DNA of 64,000 bases from Anaerolineae bacterium (lineage in GTDB: Bacteria > Chloroflexota > Anaerolineae > B4-G1 > DUEL01). The DNA lies in contig JBDOIF010000008.1 in the NCBI GenBank assembly GCA_041082215.1, positions 6,036 to 70,035 of the forward strand, written 5' to 3'. The position numbers were made by a program, and so were the translations under genes. Within the stretch, counting starts at the first letter, position 1, and each line of letters starts with the position of its first letter. The notes beneath the pieces were generated by a model. The model ran no database searches. It was not told the DNA's origin and saw nothing but the letters and a program-made list of their open reading frames with translations. Of the stretch, positions 54,435 to 63,432 are shown one piece after another.

Positions 54435-55556
54435 ATGTCCTTCGAGGAGATCCTCCGCCAGACCCGAAGCATTCTCTGCCTGGACTGCGGAAAATGCACC
54501 GGAGCCTGCCCGATCACCCGGGTGGACCCCACCTACTCTCCCCGCGCCACCATTGAACGGGTACTGGCGGGCCGTCCGGAGGAGTTGATCAAAAACGACT
54601 ACCTCTGGGCCTGCCTGACCTGCCGCCTTTGCACCGTCCGTTGCCCCTCCGGGGTGGATTACCCTGCCTTTGTCGTCGCTGCCCGCATTGAGGCCCGCAG
54701 GGCGGGCGTGGAGGGAACCTATGCCCACAACGCGGTGATGCAGGAGCTGATGGGGCTGATGGCCCTGCCGGTAAGGCAGAACCGCACCGGTTGGGTGACG
54801 GAAGAGTTGCAGGTAGCGACCCGTGGGGACGATTTCTACTTCGTCGGCTGCCTGCCCTATTTCGACGTGGTCTTTGCCGACCTGGGGATCGCCTCCACCG
54901 ACATCGCCCGCAACACGGTCCGGCTTCTGAACCGGGTGGGGATCACGCCGGTGGTGAGCGACGATGAGCGGTGCTGCGGGGCGGACCTGCTCCTCAACGG
55001 CGATGAGGCCGGTTTCCGAAAGCTGGCCGAACTGAACATGCAGGTCATCGTCGAAAGCGGTGCCCGCCGGGTGATCTTCTCCTGCCCGGAGTGCTACAAT
55101 GCCTTCCGCAATGACTACCCCCGCGTCGTCGGCCCGCTCCCTTTTGAGGTGGTCCATCTCACCGGGCTGCTGGCCGGGCATGTGGGGGAACTGGGGCTGG
55201 GGGAGCTGGAGGAAACCGTCACCTATCAGGACCCCTGTCGGCTGGGCCGCTATCAGGGGATCTACGACGAGCCGCGCGCCCTCATCCAGGCTGTCGAGGG
55301 TGTGGAGCTGGTGGAGATGGCCAAAAGCCGCGCCCGTTCCCTCTGCTGCGGCTCCACCGGCTGGGTCCACTGCGGCCACTGTTCCCGGGAGATCCAGGCG
55401 ACCCGGCTGCGCCAGGCCCGGGCCACCGGCGCGACGCGGCTGATCACCGCCTGCCCCAAGTGCCGTATTCACTTCACCTGCGCCCTGAAAGATATGGAAG
55501 ACGAGATTTCCATCGAAGTGGAGGACCTGACAGGGCTTCTGGTGCGGGCGCTATGA
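54435..55556 (+). CDS. HdrD-like FeS/CCG-domain protein (HdrC-like + HdrB-like fusion)
   Basis: CLDCGKCTGACP and CLTCRLCTVRCP, then Cys-rich CCG motifs (RCCGAD, DPCRLGR, LCCGSTG). Confidence 0.75.
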   Translation: MSFEEILRQTRSILCLDCGKCTGACPITRVDPTYSPRATIERVLAGRPEELIKNDYLWACLTCRLCTVRCPSGVDYPAFVVAARIEARRAGVEGTYAHNAVMQELMGLMALPVRQNRTGWVTEELQVATRGDDFYFVGCLPYFDVVFADLGIASTDIARNTVRLLNRVGITPVVSDDERCCGADLLLNGDEAGFRKLAELNMQVIVESGARRVIFSCPECYNAFRNDYPRVVGPLPFEVVHLTGLLAGHVGELGLGELEETVTYQDPCRLGRYQGIYDEPRALIQAVEGVELVEMAKSRARSLCCGSTGWVHCGHCSREIQATRLRQARATGATRLITACPKCRIHFTCALKDMEDEISIEVEDLTGLLVRAL

Positions 55557-55597
55557 GGACCTGCAGCGCAGGATTTACCTTGCACAAGAGGTAGAAT

Positions 55598-56491
55598 ATG
55601 CCGGTTTTCGGAGGAATCGAGGCAGGGGGGACCAAGTTCGTCTGCGCCGTCGGTTCCGGCCCGGACGACCTGCGGGCCGTCGTCCGCTTCCCCACGACGA
55701 CGCCCGAAGAGACCCTGGGCCGGGCGGTGGCTTTTCTGAAGGATCAGGGGCCGCTCGCCGCTGTCGGTGTGGCCTCCTTTGGGCCGGTGGACCTGGACCC
55801 GGCCTCTCCCACCTACGGCTACATCACCACCACCCCCAAGCCGGGCTGGGCCTATACCGATGTGGTCGGCCCGATCCGACGGGCGCTGGGGGTAGAGGTG
55901 GGGTTCGATACGGACGTGAATGGGGCGGCACTGGCGGAGTACCGCTGGGGAGCCGCCCGGGGATTGGATACGTTCGTCTATCTGACGGTGGGCACCGGCA
56001 TCGGCGGCGGAGGGATGGTGGACGGCCGGCTGATCCACGGCCTGGTCCATCCCGAGATGGGCCACGTTTATGTGCCCCATAACCGGGAGCAGGACCCCTA
56101 CTCCGGTTGCTGCCCTTACCACGGCGACTGCCTGGAGGGGCTGGCCTCCGGCCCGGCCATCGAGGGCCGCTGGGGGCAGCCCGCCGAGACGCTCCCCCCC
56201 GACCATCCGGCCTGGGAGCTGGAGGCGGAGTACCTGGCCCTGGCCGTTGCCAATCTGGTCTGCCTTCTTTCCCCCCGGCGGGTCATCCTGGGGGGCGGGG
56301 TGATGCAGCAGGCCCATCTCTTCCCACCGATCCGGCGGAGGGTCAAGGAGCTGCTCGGAGGCTACATCCCCTCGCCGGCCATTCTGGAGCGGATCGAGGC
56401 CTATATCGTGCCGCCGGGGCTGGGGGACCGGTCCGGTGTGCTGGGGACGCTCGCGCTGGCCCGGCAGGCCGCAGAGGGAGGCCAGGGATGA
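55598..56491 (+). CDS. ROK family sugar kinase (fructokinase/Mak-like)
   Basis: [24 protein letters not shown], Zn motif HPEMGH...[11 protein letters not shown]. Confidence 0.85.
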   Translation: MPVFGGIEAGGTKFVCAVGSGPDDLRAVVRFPTTTPEETLGRAVAFLKDQGPLAAVGVASFGPVDLDPASPTYGYITTTPKPGWAYTDVVGPIRRALGVEVGFDTDVNGAALAEYRWGAARGLDTFVYLTVGTGIGGGGMVDGRLIHGLVHPEMGHVYVPHNREQDPYSGCCPYHGDCLEGLASGPAIEGRWGQPAETLPPDHPAWELEAEYLALAVANLVCLLSPRRVILGGGVMQQAHLFPPIRRRVKELLGGYIPSPAILERIEAYIVPPGLGDRSGVLGTLALARQAAEGGQG

Positions 56492-56994
56492 GCGACGAGA
56501 TCATAGATGTCAGCACCTTCGACCCCCACTTCGCCGACGAGATCGCCGCTGAGCCGGGAGGGGAGCATATCCGGCGCTGCTTTTTCTGCTCCACCTGCAC
56601 CGCTGGCTGTCCGGTGTCCGGGGTCACGGATAAATACAACCCCCGCCGCATCGTCCATATGGCCCTTTTGGGGATGCGGGAGCAGGTTTTGAGGAGCGAT
56701 TTCGTCTGGCTCTGCGCTGTCTGCTACACCTGCTACGAGCGATGTCCGCAGGACGTGCGCATCCCGGAGCTGATGAACGCCATCCGCAACATCGCCGTGC
56801 GGGAGGGGATCGTCCCTCAGACCTTCCGGCTGCAGGTGGAGAAGCTGCGAGCAAGCGGCCGGCTGTACGAGGTGGGGGAGTACGAGAACGAGCGGCGCCT
56901 GGAACATGGCCTGCCTTCCATCTGCGACAGCCCGGAGGAGGTGCGGCGGCTGCTGGATCGGGCAGGGGTCGGAGAGAGTTGTATTTCAGTCTGA
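56488..56994 (+). CDS. hdrC: heterodisulfide reductase subunit C-like
   Basis: The ATG overlaps the ROK stop (ATGA). [12 protein letters not shown] and [12 protein letters not shown]. The last 5 codons and the stop lie inside element copy 5. Confidence 0.8.
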   Translation: MSDEIIDVSTFDPHFADEIAAEPGGEHIRRCFFCSTCTAGCPVSGVTDKYNPRRIVHMALLGMREQVLRSDFVWLCAVCYTCYERCPQDVRIPELMNAIRNIAVREGIVPQTFRLQVEKLRASGRLYEVGEYENERRLEHGLPSICDSPEEVRRLLDRAGVGESCISV

Positions 56995-57167
56995 GGGCGA
57001 GATGTCCCTGGCCCGGGCCAGACCTGGGAAAACACGAATGGCGCGAATGGAGACGAATGCTGCGAATGGGGCAAGGATTCCTCCTGTTCGCGGTATTCGG
57101 GCCATTCGTGGGATTCGCGATCCACTGGCGGGCGAGAGGACCGCTCGCCCCGAAATTGGAATACGCC
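56978..57167 (-). repeat. ~190-bp palindromic CGAAT-unit element, copy 5 (inverted orientation, intra-operon)
   Basis: Full-length match to copy 2. Lies between hdrC and hdrB. Confidence 0.9.
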
Positions 57168-57185
57168 CGTCGGAGGGGAGGGGGA

Positions 57186-58079
57186 ATGAGCCGATACGCC
57201 CTGTACCTGGGCTGCACGGTGCCGGTGCGGGGGCTGAACTACGAGATGGCCGCCCGCCGGGTCTGCCAGCGGTTGGGGATCGAGCTGGTGGAGGTGGAGG
57301 GGTTTTCCTGTTGCGGCTTCCCTGTCCGCCCGCTGAGCTGGCGAGCCGGGCTGCTGATGGCCGCGCGGAACCTGGCCCTGGCTGAAGCGGAGGGGCTGGA
57401 TGTGATGGCCCTCTGCAGCGCCTGCACCGAGACCCTCACCGAGGTCGGTTATCATCTTAAAAAGGATGCGGAGCTGAGAGGCTGGGTCAACGACCGGCTG
57501 GCCGAAGTGGGGAGGACGTATAGAGGGACAGCGCGGGTGCGCCACTTCGCGCGGGTGCTCTACGAAGAGGTGGGGGTCGAGCGGCTGCGGGAAGCGGTGA
57601 CGGTGAGCCTGGAGGGGTTCAGCTTCGCCCCTCACTACGGCTGTCATTACCTCAAGCCTTCCCACCTGTACGACGGCTTCGACGACCCGGAAACCCCCCA
57701 GAGCCTGGATCGGCTCATCGAGGCCGTCGGGGCTCAAGTCGTGCGGTACGAGGACGAAGGGGATTGCTGCGGCGGAGGGATCCTGGCCTTCGACGAGGAG
57801 ACGGCGCTGCGGATGGCGAAGCGAAAGCTGGACCACGTCGCAGCGGCCGGAGCGGACGGACTGGTGCTTATCTGTCCCTTTTGTGCTATTATGTACGAAG
57901 CCAATCAGCGCCGCATCGAGGGGTTATTTCAGTCAGAATACAACCTTCCGGTGCTCTACTACCCCCAGGTCCTCGGCCTGGCGATGGGGTTCTCGCCGGA
58001 GGAGATGGGTATGCGGCTGAACCGGGTCAGGCCGATGCGGTTGATCCAGAGGCTGCGCGGACAGGCAGTGACACGGTGA
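57186..58079 (+). CDS. hdrB: heterodisulfide reductase subunit B-like (two CCG domains)
   Basis: MSRYALYLGCTVP..., FSCCGFP, CCGGGIL, CPFC. The ATG is 18 nt after element copy 5, with a GGAGGGG RBS. Confidence 0.85.
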   Translation: MSRYALYLGCTVPVRGLNYEMAARRVCQRLGIELVEVEGFSCCGFPVRPLSWRAGLLMAARNLALAEAEGLDVMALCSACTETLTEVGYHLKKDAELRGWVNDRLAEVGRTYRGTARVRHFARVLYEEVGVERLREAVTVSLEGFSFAPHYGCHYLKPSHLYDGFDDPETPQSLDRLIEAVGAQVVRYEDEGDCCGGGILAFDEETALRMAKRKLDHVAAAGADGLVLICPFCAIMYEANQRRIEGLFQSEYNLPVLYYPQVLGLAMGFSPEEMGMRLNRVRPMRLIQRLRGQAVTR

Positions 58080-58099
58080 CACGGGGACGCGGTAAAGGG
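58068..58099 (+). repeat. octamer array GTGACACG GTGACACG GGGACGCG GTAAAGGG
   Basis: Read directly. The hdrB stop TGA is inside the second unit. Confidence 0.85.
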
Positions 58100-58137
58100 T
58101 TCTGGACATCGCAGCATCATCGCAGGGAGGAGCCCAA

Positions 58138-60777
58138 ATGGCGAATGTACGACATTTCCGAGCGTCTCCGTGTCTCCAGAGAGGAGGTGGCGAATTGCCG
58201 GAAAGCGAGTTGCGTATCGGCGTCTTCGTCTGCGACTGCGGGCTGAACATCGCCGGCAGTGTGGATACGGAGGCGGTGCGGGCCTTCGCCGAGACCCTGC
58301 CGGATGTTGTGGTGGCCATCCGCAACCGCTACACCTGCTCCGACCCCGGCCAGCAGCAGATCCGGCTGGCTATCGCCGAGCACCGGCTCAACCGGGTGGT
58401 GGTCGCCTCCTGCTCCCCCCGGCTCCATGAACCCACCTTCCGCAACTGCGTCCGTCAGGCTGGCCTCAACCCCTACCTCTTCGATATGGCCAACATCCGC
58501 GAACACTGCTCCTGGGTCCATCTGGCCGACCGGGAGGCGGCAACGCGGAAGGCGCAGGACATCGTCAAGGCGGCGGTGGCCCGCGCCCGCTGGCTCTACC
58601 CCCAGGAGGAGACGGGGCTGCCCGTCACCGACGCGGCGCTGGTCATCGGCGGAGGGGTGGCGGGCATTCAGGCCGCGCTCGACCTGGCCGATGCGGGCCA
58701 CCCGGTCTACCTGGTGGAGCGGGAGCCCTCCATCGGCGGCATGATGGCCCGGCTGGATAAGACCTACCCCACGATGGACTGCAGCATATGAATCCTCGGC
58801 CCCAAGATGATGGATGTCGGTCGACATCCCAACATCGAGCTGATGACCTACAGCGAGGTCGAGGAGGTCTCCGGCTACGTGGGCAACTTCCGGGTGCGGG
58901 TGCGTCGTAAGGCCCGCTACGTAAACGAGAAGGAGTGCACCGCCTGCGGCGACTGCGTCAGGGTCTGCCCCATTGTCAAACCGGACGAGTTCCAGGCTGG
59001 CCTCTCCACCCGTCGGGCCATCTACATCCCCTTCCCCCAGGCCGTCCCCTCCGCTTACGTCATCAATATGGACGAGTGCCTGGGGGATAACCCTATCGCC
59101 TGCGGCAAGTGCCTGGAGGCATGCGATAAAAAGTGCATTGACTTCGATATGCGGGACGAGATCGTGGAGCTGTCGGTGGGGGCCATCATCGTCGCCACCG
59201 GGATGGAGGTCTACGACCCCGCGCCGCTGGACGAGTACGGCTACACCAGTTTCCCCAACGTCATCACCAGCCTGGAGTTCGAGCGGCTGATCTCCGCTGG
59301 CGGCCCCACCGAGGGCCACTTCATCCGCCCCTCGGACCGGAAGCGCCCCCGCCGCATCGGCTTCGTCCAGTGCGTCGGCTCCCGCACCGCCCGCACCCCC
59401 ACCAACCCCGAAGGCAGCCGGGGCAACCCCTACTGTTCCAACATCTGCTGCATGAACACGATCAAGGACAGCCTCCTCCTCAAGGACCACTACCCCGATA
59501 CCGAGATCACCGTCTTCTATATGGACATCCGTGCCTTTGGCAAGGGGTTCGAGGACCTCTATATGCGCTCCCGCGAGGCGGGGGTCCGCTATATCCGCGG
59601 CCTCCCCGGCGAGGTGGAGGAGGACCCGGAGACGGGCAACCTGCGGGTCTACGTGGAGAACACGACGACAGGAACGCTGGAGACCTATGACTTCGACCTG
59701 CTGGTGCTCTCGGTGGGGGCGGTTCCCCGTCGGGAGACGGAGCTGATACGGCAGCTTCTGAACCTCTCCCGCACCGGCGACGGCTTCCTGATGGAGGCCC
59801 ATCCCAAACTGAAGCCGGTGGATACGCCGACGAGGGGGGTCTATATCGCTGGATGCGCCGAGTCCCCCAAAGACATCAAGGATTCGGTCACCCAGGCCAG
59901 CGCCGCCGCCGCCCGGGCGGAGATCCTCCTCAGCTCCCCCTCTGTCCCGGTGGAGGCGATCACCGCCGTCGTTGATCCCGATCTGTGCAGGAAGTGCGGA
60001 CGGTGCGCCGCGGTCTGCCCCTTCTCCGCCATTCGCTGGCAGAAAGGGGAGGTGGCTCAGGTTGTCAGCGCTGCCTGTGCCGGGTGTGGCACCTGCGCTG
60101 CCGAGTGTCCCTTCGGCGCCATCAGCCAGCGCCACTTCACCGACCAGCAGATCTACGCGATGATTGACGCGATCCTGGAGGAGGACCCGCTGGAGAAGAT
60201 CATCGCCTTCGCCTGCAACTGGTGCTCCTACGCCGGGGCCGACACGGCGGGCGTCTCCCGCTTCCAGTACCCGCCCAACGTCCGCATCATCCGCACCATG
60301 TGCTCCGGCCGGGTGAACCCCGACTTCGTCTGGTACGCCTTCCAGAAAGGAGCGCCGGTGGTGCTGGTCTCCGGCTGTCATTATGCCGACTGCCACTATA
60401 TCAACGCCAACCGGAACACCGTCCGCCGGGTGGACGCGCTGTGGGAGGGGCTGGAGAAGGCAGGCATCCGCCCTGAACGGCTACAACTGGATTGGTGCAG
60501 CGCCGCCGAGGGGCAGAAGTGGGCTAGAATCATCCAGGAAATCGAGGGGCTGCGGGCCACTGTGACCGCCGGGGAGGTGGAGCGGACGCGAGAGGCGCTG
60601 AAAGGGGAGAAGCCCCCCACCTCCAGCAAGGTATGGCGGCTTAAGGAGCCGACGGAGGCCACCATGCGGTGTATGCGCTGTGGCCACGAGTGGACCGTTT
60701 CGTTTGACCCCACGGCCGACCAGGAGCGGATGTGCACCGCCTGCCGCTCCAACAGCGTGCGGGTGGTCCTGTTGTAG
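58138..60777 (+). CDS. hdrA: HdrA-MvhD fusion with C-terminal zinc ribbon; in-frame TGA 58789-58791 predicted to encode selenocysteine
   Basis: ORF-track pieces 58138-58791 and 58807-60777 share one frame. The protein is colinear with the Cys paralog across the TGA (TMDCSI-U-ILGPKM vs TNDCSTCILSPKM). An MvhD module ([17 protein letters not shown]...GCHYADCHY) and CMRCG...CTACRS follow. [11 protein letters not shown] before ATG 58138. Confidence 0.75.
58812..58829 (+). promoter_or_regulatory. candidate bacterial SECIS apical hairpin GGAUGUC-GGUC-GACAUCC
   Basis: 7-bp stem and GGUC tetraloop at +31..+34 from the U of UGA. Flanking GAUG/CAUC and CUC/GAG can extend the helix. Confidence 0.5.
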
Positions 60778-60786
60778 GAGGGCGGG

Positions 60787-61872
60787 ATGAGCCGCATCGG
60801 ATGGGCAGCCGGCCCCCGGCGACTGCTCCAGGAAGGGGAGTCAGAAGATCGGCACGCCGTGTACAGCCTCAATCGTTTGGCGGAGGCCGGGCTGCTCAAC
60901 CCTCAGAAGGTCCGGCAGTTCCTCCAGGCAACCGGCCTGGCCGACTTCTCCTGGCAGGCCACCTGGTCTGCCCGCGGGGGGAGGGACGCTGGGGAAGCCC
61001 TGGCACGGGCGGAGGGTTGTGTTGTCCTGATCCACGGCTGGGATGGCAGCCACACCATCTGGGAGGACCTGCCCGCCCGCATCTGTCTGGACAACCCCCG
61101 CCTTTTCGTCCTCGCCCCGGATGTCAACGGCTTCGGCGGCTCTCCCTTTGTCGAGGAGCTTCCCCCGCCGCAGGCCTGCGACCCGGCGGCGCTGATGCGG
61201 GCTGTGGAGGGATGGGTGGAGCTGCTGGGCCTCCGCTCCGACGCCCGTGCTCAACGCCGATACCGGGTCATCACCTTTGTGGGCCATTCGATGGGCGGTG
61301 CGGCAATCTTTTATCTGGATGAGGACCGCTGGCGGCCCCACGAAGTCGCCCGGCTGGCCCTGGCTCCCGCCCTCCTGCTCAACGACCTGTTGCGCAAGCA
61401 ATTTTATAAGGCGCTGGGGGTCGGGATATGGGCCGGCGCGACCACCAGCACCCTCGATTGGCTGAAGGACCGGCTCGCCCCTCCCCTCATCGAAGCCCTC
61501 ATCGGCGACGCCAGCCAGGCGGTGAAGAACGAGCACCTGCGGGTTTTCAGAAACACCCCCCGGGGGGTCCTCGCCCAGACCTTCTACGCGATGGGCGCCG
61601 TTCCCCATGCCGTCCGTCAACGCCGCCGGTCCCACTTCCAGGTGGTGCTGGCCCACCGGGACCGGCTGGTGGGGGTGGGGCCGATGCTTCAGCTCCTGGA
61701 GGAGCTGGGCTTTACTTCGCAGGACATCCGCGTGATGCTCGGCGATCACTACTTCTTTTCGTCGGGCCTGCGGAGCCGAAGGCTGCATAGCCTCAACCGG
61801 GACCTTGTGATCCGTCAGATTCTCGACCTCCATCGGGAATGCCGCCAGGCACAGCAGGAGCCTGCCCGTTGA
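60787..61872 (+). CDS. alpha/beta hydrolase fold protein
   Basis: VVLIHGWDGSH and nucleophile elbow GHSMGG. Confidence 0.75.
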   Translation: MSRIGWAAGPRRLLQEGESEDRHAVYSLNRLAEAGLLNPQKVRQFLQATGLADFSWQATWSARGGRDAGEALARAEGCVVLIHGWDGSHTIWEDLPARICLDNPRLFVLAPDVNGFGGSPFVEELPPPQACDPAALMRAVEGWVELLGLRSDARAQRRYRVITFVGHSMGGAAIFYLDEDRWRPHEVARLALAPALLLNDLLRKQFYKALGVGIWAGATTSTLDWLKDRLAPPLIEALIGDASQAVKNEHLRVFRNTPRGVLAQTFYAMGAVPHAVRQRRRSHFQVVLAHRDRLVGVGPMLQLLEELGFTSQDIRVMLGDHYFFSSGLRSRRLHSLNRDLVIRQILDLHRECRQAQQEPAR

Positions 61873-63062
61873 AAGCGAGCAACCAGCGACAAGCAACCAG
61901 CAGAGCGTCCCTCCCACCAGACTACCGCCCCAACCTGATCCATCAGCTCATTCTCCTGGCTGACCTTCTGAGCGGCACGCCGCCTCTATCCATCGGCCCG
62001 GCGCTGGTCGGGATGGCCGCCATCGGCGCCTGGCCGTGGGGGGAGCCGGCCCTTCAGGCTATCGCCGGCGTTCTTACCCTGCTGGCCATCGTCGGCGACG
62101 GGGTGTCGCTGGCCCTGCTCCCCCGTAAGGGCCGCTCCTGCGGCCCCGTTACCCCGCCCCTCCTGGCGCTGGCGCTGGTGCGGAGTGGGCTGGCTCTCGC
62201 CCTGGGGCTTCTCTGGCCCTCATGGCCCGCCCTCGGGCTGACGGCTGCCTTCCAACTGGCGCTCACCGCCGGCCAGGTCTACGCCACATGGGTCGAGCCG
62301 TTCCGCCTGCAGGTCACCCGCGTGGAGCTGACCTCTCCCAGGCTGCGAGGAGACAGGCCACTGCGGGTGCTGCATGTGAGCGACATCCATTTCGAGATAT
62401 GGAGCCCCCGGGAGCGCCGGCTGCTGGAGGTGGCGCGGGAGCTGGCGCCGGACCTGATCCTGGTCACCGGTGACTACCTGAACCTCTCCTCTGTGGAGGA
62501 GCCAGCCGCTCAGAAGGGGGTACGGGAGCTGATGGAAGCCCTCTCCTCCCTGGCCCCCACCTGGGCCATCGCCGGCAGCCCACCAGTGGACCGTTCCCAC
62601 GTGGTCCCGGCGATCTTTCAGGGGCTGCCCATCCGGTGGCTGCTGGATGAGGCGGCGGAGGTGGAGGTGGAAGGCCATCCCCTCCGGCTGTTGGGGCTTC
62701 GCTGTACGAAAGACCGGAGGCGGGACGGCGCCCGGCTCCGCAGCCTCCTGCCCGAAGGGGCCGGAGAGACCTTTACGGTCCTTCTTTACCACTCCCCTGA
62801 TCTGATGCCGGACGCGGTGAAGGCAGGGGTGGACCTCTATCTGGCCGGCCACACCCACGGCGGGCAGGTCCGGCTTCCCCTCTTCGGCGCCATCTTCACC
62901 AGCTCCGACTTCTGGAAGCGGTACGAGGCGGGGCTGTATCAGGAGGGAGGGACTGTCCTGTATGTGAGCCGGGGGTTGGGGGTGGAGGGGCTGGGCGCCC
63001 CTCGTGCCCGGTTCCTTTCTCCGCCGGAGCTGGTGTTGTTGACCCTTTCCCCTTCACTCTGA
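61839..63062 (+). CDS. membrane-anchored metallophosphoesterase
   Basis: N-terminal TM helices, then LHVSDIHFE, TGDYLN and AGHTHGGQ. The true start is uncertain: the ORF-track start overlaps the previous gene and an AGCAACC heptamer array at ~61871-61905. Confidence 0.7.
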   Translation: MPPGTAGACPLKASNQRQATSRASLPPDYRPNLIHQLILLADLLSGTPPLSIGPALVGMAAIGAWPWGEPALQAIAGVLTLLAIVGDGVSLALLPRKGRSCGPVTPPLLALALVRSGLALALGLLWPSWPALGLTAAFQLALTAGQVYATWVEPFRLQVTRVELTSPRLRGDRPLRVLHVSDIHFEIWSPRERRLLEVARELAPDLILVTGDYLNLSSVEEPAAQKGVRELMEALSSLAPTWAIAGSPPVDRSHVVPAIFQGLPIRWLLDEAAEVEVEGHPLRLLGLRCTKDRRRDGARLRSLLPEGAGETFTVLLYHSPDLMPDAVKAGVDLYLAGHTHGGQVRLPLFGAIFTSSDFWKRYEAGLYQEGGTVLYVSRGLGVEGLGAPRARFLSPPELVLLTLSPSL

Positions 63063-63073
63063 ACCTCAGGATG

Positions 63074-63263
63074 GGCGCATTTCAATTTCGGAGCGATTGG
63101 TCCTCTCGCCCGCCGGTGGATCGCGAATCCCACGAATGGCCCGAATACAGCGAATAGGAGAGATACCTGCTCCATTCGCTGTATTCGTTTCCATTCGCGC
63201 CATTCGTGTTTCCCCAGGTCCGGCCCGGGCCAGGGACATCTCGCCCCCAGACCGAAATACACC
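63074..63263 (+). repeat. ~190-bp palindromic CGAAT-unit element, copy 6
   Basis: Full-length match. All 8 GAAT/ATTC units are intact. Confidence 0.9.
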
Positions 63264-63280
63264 TCCTCGGGATAGCCTAC

Positions 63281-63309
63281 TTGACTACTTCCCCTTTTCG
63301 CGCCATAAT
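63281..63309 (+). promoter_or_regulatory. sigma70-like promoter TTGACT-17-CATAAT
   Basis: 17 nt beyond element copy 6. Upstream of the BMP lipoprotein gene. Confidence 0.45.
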
Positions 63310-63432
63310 AAGCTCCGCTTCCACGAATTTATGTCGAAGGAGGTGAGGGACTGAGAGTAAGAAAAAAGTTGAGGAAAGAGCTGCGCGATGGTAGTACCAA
63401 TCCATTCCATCCAAAACGAGGAGGAGAAAGCC

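Noticed and set aside
58789-58791. Reading the hdrA TGA as a nonsense mutation, pseudogene or sequencing error
   Set aside because: The stop falls exactly on a conserved redox Cys. Downstream sequence stays in frame and conserved for 660 more codons, and a SECIS-like hairpin follows at the right distance. Selenocysteine is the more parsimonious reading, but it remains unverified without sel genes.
61839-61872. 34-nt overlap between the alpha/beta hydrolase and the metallophosphoesterase as evidence for programmed frameshifting or fusion
   Set aside because: The overlap more likely comes from an over-extended ORF-track start. The region contains an AGCAACC heptamer array, and the first clearly protein-like hydrophobic segments begin further downstream. 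No slippery site was recognised.
20306-63263. Whether the dispersed 190-bp repeats or the 7/8-nt arrays could be a CRISPR array
   Set aside because: The copies are kilobases apart and separated by ordinary genes. There are no regularly sized spacers and no cas genes. The heptamer arrays are contiguous with no spacers at all.
63330-63353. Mini-ORF ATGTCGAAGGAGGTGAGGGACTGA (MSKEVRD) in the BMP leader as a leader peptide
   Set aside because: It is only 7 codons with no upstream RBS. The GGAGGTGA inside it looks like a spurious SD-like purine tract. There is no evidence for attenuation logic.
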